The notes under the pieces are model-generated. The model did not search any database. It had not been told where the DNA came from and was given only the letters and a program-made list of their open reading frames with translations. This document shows positions 1-8,400 of a stretch of 64,000 nt of DNA, piece after piece. Source of the DNA: an uncultured Saprospiraceae bacterium (GTDB taxonomy: Bacteria; Bacteroidota; Bacteroidia; Chitinophagales; Saprospiraceae); the NCBI GenBank assembly GCA_938018185.1, contig CALIIW010000141.1:2041-66040 (forward strand). Direction: 5' to 3'. How positions within the stretch are numbered: the stretch's first letter is position 1; every line of letters starts with the position of its first letter. The translations under genes were made by a program, and so were the position numbers.

Positions 1-73
1 TAATTCTAATCTGTTGGTTGCCATTTATTTATTCAAATTTTGAAGTAAAGATTCGCAAAGATGAGAAGGTATA

Positions 74-87
74 AGCGAAAATTCGCT
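74..87. promoter_or_regulatory. 14-bp inverted repeat AGCGAA-AA-TTCGCT upstream of etfB; an identical 14-mer lies at 48170-48183; candidate shared operator
   Basis: Read directly: arms AGCGAA and TTCGCT are reverse complements. The site is intergenic, with 74 nt between its end and the etfB ATG. A regulatory role is inference. Confidence 0.3.
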
Positions 88-116
88 TTTTGAAGTCATA
101 TTTTGCTTTAAAATCA

Positions 117-124
117 TATCTTTG
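117..124 (+). promoter_or_regulatory. candidate Bacteroidota -7 promoter box TATCTTTG (consensus TAnnTTTG) for etfBA
   Basis: Matches TAnnTTTG, with 37 nt between the box and the etfB ATG. It overlaps a perfect 10-bp palindrome TTTGCGCAAA (121-130). No -33 TTG at canonical spacing. Confidence 0.3.
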
Positions 125-161
125 CGCAAATTTTTCGATAATATAGTATATTATAGTAGAT

Positions 162-902
162 ATGAAAATACTTGTTTGCATTAGTAAAACACCTGAAACT
201 ACAGCGAAAATATCCTTTTCGTCTGATAGTACACAATTAGACACTGATGGTCTACAATACATCATGAATCCTTATGATGAATGGTATGCCTTGGTAAGAG
301 CCTTAGAGCTTAAAGAAAAGCACACTGGAACCGTCACGGTTATAAATGTTGGACCAGCGGCTAATGATTCTATCATTAGGAAAGGCTTAGCAATTGGAGC
401 TGATGATGCGGTTAGAATTGATGCTGAACCTTCAAGCTCTTTATTTGTTGCTAAACAAATAGCCGCTTACGCAAAAGACAATGCTTTTGACATTATCTTA
501 TTAGGTAAAGAATCTATTGATTACAATGGGTCTCTTATAGGAGGAATGGTAGCTGAATTGATGGATTTGCCATATATTTCTTATGCAACCAGCCTGGAAT
601 TAGAAGGCAATGTTGCTACATTGAACAGAGAGATTGAAGGAGGTACGGAGGTTTGTGAAGTGTCAACACCGTTTGTCGTTTCTGCAGCTAAAGGAATGGC
701 TGAACAAAGAATTCCAAACATGAGAGGAATCATGATGGCTAAAAAGAAACCTTTGAATGTTGTGGCTGCTGATGGCTCAGATAACTTAGAAGTTGTAAGT
801 GCTTATAATGAAGTACCTAAGGACAGAAGCATCAAGTACATTGATGCAGACAACATGAAGGAGCTGGTTAGATTACTTCACGAAGAAGCGAAAGTAATTT
901 AA
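162..902 (+). CDS. etfB: electron transfer flavoprotein beta subunit
   Basis: 246 aa. N-terminus MKILVCISKTPETTAKI and overall ETF-beta pattern (NPYDEWYALVRALELKE, LLGKESIDYNG). Immediately followed by etfA. Confidence 0.9.
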   Translation: MKILVCISKTPETTAKISFSSDSTQLDTDGLQYIMNPYDEWYALVRALELKEKHTGTVTVINVGPAANDSIIRKGLAIGADDAVRIDAEPSSSLFVAKQIAAYAKDNAFDIILLGKESIDYNGSLIGGMVAELMDLPYISYATSLELEGNVATLNREIEGGTEVCEVSTPFVVSAAKGMAEQRIPNMRGIMMAKKKPLNVVAADGSDNLEVVSAYNEVPKDRSIKYIDADNMKELVRLLHEEAKVI

Positions 903-955
903 GATTAGGATTAAAAGAAGACTTTATTATTTATATAAATAAGAGTAAAGAAATT

Positions 956-1918
956 ATGGTATTAGTATTTGCAGAAAGTCCAGATGGTAAAATTAAGAAA
1001 GCTTCCTTTGAAGCTGTTACCTACGGTAAAAAAATAGCTTCTCTTTTAGGTTGTGATTGTGCAGCTTTGATAATAGGACAAGCAGACGGATCAGATCAAC
1101 TTGGCCTTTATGGCGCAGACAAGGTAATCCAAGTTTCAAACACGATTTTGGATAACTTTGACAGCCAAACATATACAGCGACTATTGCTCAAGTTGCAAA
1201 CAACATTGGCGCTCAAACAATTGTAGTAGGGCATAGTTCAACAGGTCGATCTTTGGTAGGTAGGCTTGCAGCCAAATTAGAAGCAGCGGTTATTTCAGGC
1301 GCCAAAACGGTTCCTACAAATGATGGTGGTTTTAAAGTAGCAAAAAATGTCTTTTCTGGAAAAGCTATTGCGGAGTTTACCTTAAATACGCCAATGAAAG
1401 TTATTTCCTTGATGGGAAATTCCATTCAACCAGAAGAAATTGGTTCTACTGTTGCCATAGAACAAATGGATGTACAAGTGAATCCTGGAAGAGTGACCGT
1501 AAGAGAAAGAAAAACGGTATCTGGAACCGTGCCTTTACCTGAAGCTGAATTAGTAGTTTCTGCTGGAAGAGGAATGGGAGGACCAGAAAAATGGCAAATA
1601 ATTGATGACTTGGCAAATAGCCTTGGTGCAACAACTGCTTGTAGTAGACCTGTAGCTGATACTGGTTGGAGACCTCATCATGAGCATGTTGGACAAACTG
1701 GTGTTGCTATAAGACCTAATCTGTACATTGCCATTGGAATTTCTGGAGCAATTCAGCACCTAGCCGGTGTCAGTAGCTCTAAGACCATTGTGGTTATAAA
1801 CAAAGATGCAGAAGCACCTTTTTTCAAGAATGCCGATTACGGAATAGTTGCCGATTTATTTGACGTAGTTCCTAAATTGACAGAGGCTATTAAAGAATAT
1901 AATAGCATCAATGCCTAA
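956..1918 (+). CDS. etfA: electron transfer flavoprotein alpha subunit
   Basis: 320 aa. C-terminal FAD-binding signature (VVSAGRGMG, ACSRPVADTGW, QVGQTGVAIRPNLYIAIGISGAIQHLAG). 53 nt after etfB. Confidence 0.9.
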   Translation: MVLVFAESPDGKIKKASFEAVTYGKKIASLLGCDCAALIIGQADGSDQLGLYGADKVIQVSNTILDNFDSQTYTATIAQVANNIGAQTIVVGHSSTGRSLVGRLAAKLEAAVISGAKTVPTNDGGFKVAKNVFSGKAIAEFTLNTPMKVISLMGNSIQPEEIGSTVAIEQMDVQVNPGRVTVRERKTVSGTVPLPEAELVVSAGRGMGGPEKWQIIDDLANSLGATTACSRPVADTGWRPHHEHVGQTGVAIRPNLYIAIGISGAIQHLAGVSSSKTIVVINKDAEAPFFKNADYGIVADLFDVVPKLTEAIKEYNSINA

Positions 1919-2077
1919 AAAGGCAAAGAAAAAAGATGGTTTAATTCAATAGATTCCGTAGAAAGATATTAAATTAGGCTTTGAAGCTTCATTTATTGAC
2001 TAGAAAAAGCTTCTTTAACTAAAAAAGAAAATCTTTTTGATAACGAATTCGTTATTAAAAAACTTAGAGATACATAT

Positions 2078-2704
2078 ATGAAGAAAGTTCCTTTAGATAT
2101 AGTTGCTTTGTCCCACAGTGTTACTCAGTCACACAATTATGCAGTTGTTTTGGGGGAACAAGGAGGTGTAAGAAGACTACCTATCGTGATAGGTGGTTTT
2201 GAGGCGCAAGCCATTGCGGTAGCAATGGAAAGAATGACACCAAATAGACCGCTTACACATGATTTATTCAAAGATACTTTGGATACTTTCGATATTACAC
2301 TTCAAGAAATTGTAATCAATAATCTAATTGACGGTATTTTCTATGCGAGATTGGTTTGCCTAAAAGATGGAGAAGTGATAGAAATAGACTCTAGAACATC
2401 TGATGCCTTAGCAATGGCTGTTAGGTATGAATGTCCAATTTATACTTATGAATTCATTTTAGAAGCTGCAGGTGTAATTCTTGAAGATTCTGATGATGCC
2501 ATTGAGGCACAACCTGTCAAAAGTAGCAGTACGGGCAGTAGTCCAAAGAAAAGTGGAACTGGGAAAAGAGCTAAAAAAGCAACAACGCTATCTTCTAAAT
2601 CCGAAGAGGAATTAGAAGATGATCTTAATGAAGCACTTTCTGAAGAAGATTACGAAAGAGCTGCTGAAATTAGGGACGAAATGAATCGTAGGAAATCTCA
2701 GTAG
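2078..2704 (+). CDS. bifunctional nuclease family protein (DUF151/BFN) with C-terminal UVR motif
   Basis: 208 aa. The N-terminal 130 aa resemble the BFN fold (LPIVIGGFEAQAIAVAME, RPLTHDL, DSRTSDALAMAVR). The tail EEDYERAAEIRDEMNRRK is a UvrB/UvrC-type motif. Confidence 0.7.
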   Translation: MKKVPLDIVALSHSVTQSHNYAVVLGEQGGVRRLPIVIGGFEAQAIAVAMERMTPNRPLTHDLFKDTLDTFDITLQEIVINNLIDGIFYARLVCLKDGEVIEIDSRTSDALAMAVRYECPIYTYEFILEAAGVILEDSDDAIEAQPVKSSSTGSSPKKSGTGKRAKKATTLSSKSEEELEDDLNEALSEEDYERAAEIRDEMNRRKSQ

Positions 2705-3710
2705 TTAAAACCTCCAACAACTTTTTAATCATTTCCTGATTTACATCCAGATGTGTAACGAATCTGATAGATCTCGGCCCGAATGCTGATGCCTTAATTT
2801 TAAATTCTGATAACTTCTCTAAAAACTGCGGTGGGTGAATGCCTTCAACTAAATCAAAGATTATAATATTTGATTTAACAGGCTTTACTGCTTTCACATA
2901 ATCTGCTTTTTCTAAAACTAAACCAATCTCTTTTGCTCTGTCATTATCTAGTTTAAGCCTATCAATATTATTCTTTAAAGCATACAATCCAGCAGCTGCA
3001 ATAAAGCCAGCTTGCCTCATGCCTCCTCCCATTGCTTTTCGAAATTTTCTAGCCCGCTTAATAAAGGCATTATTTCCAATAAGCAAAGAACCTACTGGCG
3101 CGCCTAAACCTTTTGATAAGCAAATCGAGATGGAATCAAAAGTCGATCCTATGGCTTCTGTTGACTCAGCTGTTTCAACCAAAGCATTAAATAAACGGGC
3201 ACCATCTAAATGGAACTTCAATTCATTTTCTTTGCAGACCTTACCAATTGCTTTTAGTTCTTCTAATTGATAAATACTACCTCCTCCTTTATTACAGGTA
3301 TTCTCAACTACTACTATTTTACTATTAGGTAACCAATCATAATCTGGCCTAATAGCTTCTTCTACCTGCGCTGCATTCAACTTTCCGTATTCACCTTGTA
3401 TTAAATTTACTGCGATGCCACTATTATAGGCATAGCCTCCATTTTCATATTGATAAACATGAGAATCTATTTCACAAATCAATTCATCTAATGGCTGGGT
3501 ATGGGTTTTAATGGCTATTTGATTGGTCATCGTACCAGAAGGACAATACAATGCTGCTTCTTTTCCAAACAGGGCTGCGGCATAAGCTTCTAATTCATTA
3601 ACCGCTGGATCTTCTCTGAAAACATCATCACCTACTTCTGCTTTCATCATAAAAGCCAGCATTTCCTCAGATGGTTTGGTAACAGTATCACTTATTAGAT
3701 TGATTGTCAT
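2670..3710 (-). CDS. ltaE: low-specificity L-threonine aldolase (PLP-dependent)
   Basis: 346 aa. GDDVFREDPAVNELEAYAAALFGKEAALYCPSGTMTNQIAIKTH and the SICLSKGLGAPVGS lysine region are typical of threonine aldolases. Confidence 0.85.
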   Translation of the reverse strand: MTINLISDTVTKPSEEMLAFMMKAEVGDDVFREDPAVNELEAYAAALFGKEAALYCPSGTMTNQIAIKTHTQPLDELICEIDSHVYQYENGGYAYNSGIAVNLIQGEYGKLNAAQVEEAIRPDYDWLPNSKIVVVENTCNKGGGSIYQLEELKAIGKVCKENELKFHLDGARLFNALVETAESTEAIGSTFDSISICLSKGLGAPVGSLLIGNNAFIKRARKFRKAMGGGMRQAGFIAAAGLYALKNNIDRLKLDNDRAKEIGLVLEKADYVKAVKPVKSNIIIFDLVEGIHPPQFLEKLSEFKIKASAFGPRSIRFVTHLDVNQEMIKKLLEVLTTEISYDSFRP

Positions 3711-3837
3711 AAAGGAAGTTTTGAGTTATTTCGCAGTAAAAATATCTAAAAGAAAGATTAATGGGTATAAACATGAAACAAAGTTCCATAATAATTATAA
3801 ATTTGAGGCATCCTCATACCCTTAATACCTAAATGTA

Positions 3838-4530
3838 TTGCTTGATTTAAATAATTATTTAAAAGTTGGCCTTACCGTTGATAATGTCATTTTCGGCTTT
3901 GATGAATCGGAATTGAAAGTCTTGTTGATAAAAAGGACAGAAGAACCTTATGAAGATCAATGGGCCTTACCTGGTTATTTTGTTGCCCATAATGAAGACT
4001 TGATGGATGCTGCCAAGCGTGTTTTGGCTGAAACCACTGGCATTGAAAACGTTTATCTTGAACAGGTCGGGAGTTTTGGTAATCCCATCAGACACCCTTC
4101 TGGTAGAGTAGTTACTGTTGCTTATTATTCCTTGATAAATATCAAGGATTTTAAACTGCAGGCTTCTTCCATTGCTGAAATTGCTGAATGGGCAAGTTTG
4201 AATCGGATCAAAAATCTCGCATTTGATCACGAAGACATTTGTCTTGCTGCAATTAAAAAATTAAAAAATAAGATTAGGACTGAGCCTATTGGCTTTGGAT
4301 TACTGCCTCCTAAATTCACCTTGACCAACTTGCAAATACTTTACGAATCTATTTTAGAAATTAAGCTAGACAAACGGAATTTTAGAAAAAAGATTCTTAA
4401 AAAGAATATATTGACGGAGTTGGAAGAATCTCAGAAAGATGTAGCTCATAGACCAGCAAAACTTTACAGTTTTAATCAAGAGAATTATGAAAAGCTCTTA
4501 GCTTCTGGTTATTCTTTAGATATCCTTTAG
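3838..4530 (+). CDS. Nudix-fold protein with C-terminal winged-helix-like domain (NrtR-like); degenerate Nudix box
   Basis: 230 aa with a TTG start. The N-terminus LTVDNVIFGFDESELKVLLIKR is the usual Nudix beginning. The box GYFVAHNEDLMDAAKRVLAETTGI has V and T where REUxEE needs Glu. A roughly 90-aa C-terminal extension follows. Confidence 0.6.
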   Translation: MLDLNNYLKVGLTVDNVIFGFDESELKVLLIKRTEEPYEDQWALPGYFVAHNEDLMDAAKRVLAETTGIENVYLEQVGSFGNPIRHPSGRVVTVAYYSLINIKDFKLQASSIAEIAEWASLNRIKNLAFDHEDICLAAIKKLKNKIRTEPIGFGLLPPKFTLTNLQILYESILEIKLDKRNFRKKILKKNILTELEESQKDVAHRPAKLYSFNQENYEKLLASGYSLDIL

Positions 4531-4531
4531 C

Positions 4532-5314
4532 CTAAAAACGAATGCCATTACTAGTATAAATATCAAGCTCAACAGCTTCATACTGTAATCGCAATTCCTT
4601 AGAAAATTCTTTTAATTCATTTAGCAATTCTCCATCTTCTAATGTAAAGTAATAGGTATAATCAAAGCTCTGTGAAGAAATTTCTTTCAAACTTAAAATG
4701 CGATCATTCATGTTGAAGTAACCATAATAACCATCTTGTATTTGCGGAACTTTGAAGGCATTAAAATATTCTTTTAACTGATTATTTACTTCTGTCGCTT
4801 GATCAAAATTATTAGTTGAAAAGGAGGCCCATATAAAATTATCAGGAATGATTCGCAATTCATCCTCAAAGGATCCAATACCATGTTTTGTATCCAAGTG
4901 TATAGAATAAGCATTTGCCGATTTTACTATTTTTCCCTGATTGATAACTGCTTCCTTTATAGCGATCCTGAATGAATTTTCTCCCATCTTTAGTTCATCC
5001 AAAACACTTTGACATTTTGCGTTTGATAATCCTTCTAAGCAATCTGATGGCTCTACGATATCTTCCAAATATAAGGTGAATGTGCTAGGCGAATTTTCAG
5101 TAGAACAGTCAATCACATAATTCAAACAATTAAATTCCTCCAGGGTGCTAATTTTGAAAATCAAGGAACGATCTGACTGGCCCAAAAGCTCAACAATATC
5201 AATGTCAAATTCATCTTCTATATTAATGATTTGATCATTGGTATCGGGCTTACTGCAACTAAATGATAGCTGGATGCATATAGCAATAATAAATATATGT
5301 ATAATTTTTTTCAC
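4532..5314 (-). CDS. hypothetical lipoprotein
   Basis: 260 aa. Signal peptide plus lipobox (ICIQLSFSC). No recognisable domain. Lies downstream of, and on the same strand as, the 1285-aa T9SS gene. Confidence 0.55.
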   Translation of the reverse strand: MKKIIHIFIIAICIQLSFSCSKPDTNDQIINIEDEFDIDIVELLGQSDRSLIFKISTLEEFNCLNYVIDCSTENSPSTFTLYLEDIVEPSDCLEGLSNAKCQSVLDELKMGENSFRIAIKEAVINQGKIVKSANAYSIHLDTKHGIGSFEDELRIIPDNFIWASFSTNNFDQATEVNNQLKEYFNAFKVPQIQDGYYGYFNMNDRILSLKEISSQSFDYTYYFTLEDGELLNELKEFSKELRLQYEAVELDIYTSNGIRF

Positions 5315-5458
5315 ACAGATACTTGCTGATTTTACAACAAGCTTATTTTATAACATTAATAAATAAACATCCTACTCTAAACGACTGTAATGGAAATTTG
5401 CTGCCAAGAAAATAATGAAAAGTATAATGAATTGAAATTAAAGGTTTTTAAGCCTATT

Positions 5459-8400
5459 TTATTTATGTATGCTCAGGTCTCCACGCAGCTCAGTGGTTGA
5501 TCCATCGATGAATTCTACGACCATTTTCCAAACAAAAACACCTGGATTTAATGCTTGTCCTCGATATGCCCCATTCCATCCTATGCTTTGATCATTGAGA
5601 AGGAAATCTTTTTGGTTAAAAACTTGGTTACCCCAACGATCATATATCTCAAATGAATTGATCTTTTGAAGCGAACTTTCTTTGCCAAAGACGGTTAATT
5701 TGTCATTTATGCCATCTCCATTTGGGCTAAATACGTTTGGTACATAAACCGCTAATTCTTTTTCTAATCTGAAATTAATTTTCCCCTCTGCTTCACAACC
5801 CATATCATCAATGACCTGTAGCAAAATTGTTTGACTTTTTAAACCTTGAAATATAGGATTGGGACAACCATAGCAAGATAAGGCGTTCTCTTCTTCTTCA
5901 GAAATCCAATGATAAATCAAATTGGAATCATAGTTTAAAACGTTTACCTCGATCTCCTCTGTTTCTCCTAAAGTCAAAAGGACATTATTGTTTACCGCAA
6001 TTCTAATTTCTTCCTTCCTAGGATTGAATATTTCTTTATTGATTTCAAAACTGCAATCGTTTGCGTCAGAAACTTCAAAATGATACATACCATTTCCCAA
6101 ATTTGTAATTAATGTAACATCAGAAAATTCGTTTTCATTACTTCTGAATTTATAAGATCCAACTCCTCCGAAAGCTTCTAAATTTATCGAAACAGAAGGA
6201 AAGCCTGCGCAAACGGGTTCTACAATTTCCTCCAAAGTCATTCCTAGTTTTTCAGGTGTGTTAATTATGATAGAATCTGATGTTTGACAACCATTAGCAT
6301 CAGTGACTACATATGTATAAATTCCCGCTCTCAAGTTTGTAATTTCAAAACTACTATGACCTGAAGCCCAATTTACTTCGTAAGGAGCAATACCGTTTTC
6401 AATTTCTAGCTTAGCTGAACCATTAGAATCACCAAAACAGCTTAGATCCTTTTGCTGAGAAATACTTTTTAAATTGTACGTTGATTTCAATTCATATTCA
6501 TAACTATATTCACATCCGTCTGAATTGGCTACTAGTAATTTGTAGGTTCCAGGGCTGAGATCATTCCGATTGAGTACAATTGTTCCGTCTGACCAAACGG
6601 ACTCAAATTCTAGATCCAAAATGTTTTGTGAAAAAGTAATACTTCCATTGTAGATGTTGTCGCAGCTTGGATGTTTGACAGTCGCATTTAGTTCAAAATT
6701 GTCTGTCGACTCTATGATAAATTCAGACTTTTTAATACAATTGTTTTGGTCCGTAACAGTTAAGGTATATACTCCCTCATTGACATTTGTTAGATTCATG
6801 CTTACAGAAGATGTTGACCATAATAAGCTATATGGGCCAGTCCCGCCTGAAATTTGAGGATGGATACTGCCTAGAATCAAGCCATTGCAACTAACATGAT
6901 TTATATCAGCTTCTATTTTTATAGCTTCTATGTCTTCAATTAGTACTTCAATAAGTTCTGTACAATTCTGTTCATTTATCACTTGGATGGAATACAATCC
7001 TGTGCCCAAATTTGAAAATATTCCAGTATTGTTTTCTTCATTTCCTAAAATATATGTATAGTTTGAACCATTATCTTGTCCTGCGATTTTGATGACTGCA
7101 TCCAAGCTTTCTGAACAGCTGATCTTAGGCTCATTTAGTAAGAGAATATCAAAGCCTTGGCAAGGTAGATTAGAACAACTAAGTGTTGCAATTGGGCTTT
7201 CAGAACAAAGTCCCAAACCCATCAATTCTATTGCTACAATACCCTCATCAGAAAGCGATTGTACAAGATAGCTTGAAACCAAGCCAATGTTCTCCCAGCC
7301 AATTCCATTTACATTTATGGAATAACTTTCAACCGCAGGATCAATCGCCCAGTTAAAGCTTATTTGTCCAGGAAGGCTTTCATCGCATTCTAGAACAGGT
7401 CTTTGCAATTCTTCACCGATTTGTATTTCGACCTCCTCTACAATCTCGCATCCATTAGAATCTGAAATTGTTACATGATAATTTGTGCTCTCAAGAGGAT
7501 TAGCAATCGGTTTAGGGCAGTCAGTACAACTCAATCCGTCTGAAGGACTCCACTTATAAGATAGATCGTAGTTCGTATCAAAATGGATCGACCATTTTTT
7601 CAATGTCCCTACACCTGTTGCATAGTCATCTATCAAAAGAAGCTTCCAAATGCCATTTACTTTAAAACTAGCATTCCCGGTAAAGTCTTTCCAACTGCCC
7701 TCTGGCAAAAAATCACCTTCAAAGGGGACCATATCGTAGGAGGCGCCCCCAGGGTTTTCGCCATAAATTTTTTGATTTGCATTTATTGTAAAACATGTAT
7801 TTCTATAATAGTCAAGAGAAACCGTGTTTCCACCATCCTCTCCGTTGTCAGTACTTAATTCTATAAATTGGCCATCGGGGCCAACAAGAAAAATGTCAAG
7901 ATCTTCAATCCAAGGATGAGCCAATTCGTCAATACAAACTTTTGCAAAATTTGAAGCTGCCAAAGAGGAGGGATATATTCCATTGACGAGAATTTCTGAA
8001 TAAATAGCTTCCCTTTCTGGAAATATTTCTAATACTTGGTTATTGCTAAACACCATTGGCTCGAAGCTTGGTATTTCTACACTCGCATCAATTGCAACCT
8101 CTTCTGGACTACACTGAACTATTAATTCAGGCAAGTCTGGATTTGAGATTTGAGAATCATTTATCGCAATCCAAATGGTATCTTTTGAGCAACTATTTTT
8201 TGAAACCACGATGCCAATTTCTTCTATTCCTTCCTCCAAATCATCTTCTAAAGCTTGAAAATTTAAAACTCCTTCTGTTTGACCATTTTCAATAATAAGT
8301 TTTGTTGGTTCTATTATATAATCGATTTCATTTTGGGCATTCCCGATAATCTTAAAATCAATAAGCTGATCTTCTGTAGCAGGACTGGAAATTTCAAACT

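Noticed and set aside
74-91. Reading AGCGAAAATTCGCT plus its T-run as a simple rho-independent terminator of the gene upstream of the window
   Set aside because: The stem is only 5-6 bp with a minimal loop. The identical copy at 48170 follows a complete strong terminator, so a termination role is unnecessary there. This cannot be fully excluded for the first copy.
2670-2704. 35-nt convergent overlap between the 3' ends of the bifunctional nuclease and threonine aldolase genes
   Set aside because: Tail-to-tail overlaps of this size are common in compact genomes, and the aldolase tail is probably a non-conserved extension. There is no evidence of special function.
7577-7999. Interpreting the P-domain-containing giants as subtilisin/kexin-type proteases
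   Set aside because: I could not find Asp-His-Ser subtilase motifs (D(T/S)G, HGT, GTSxA) in these proteins. They are treated as adhesin-like modules instead.
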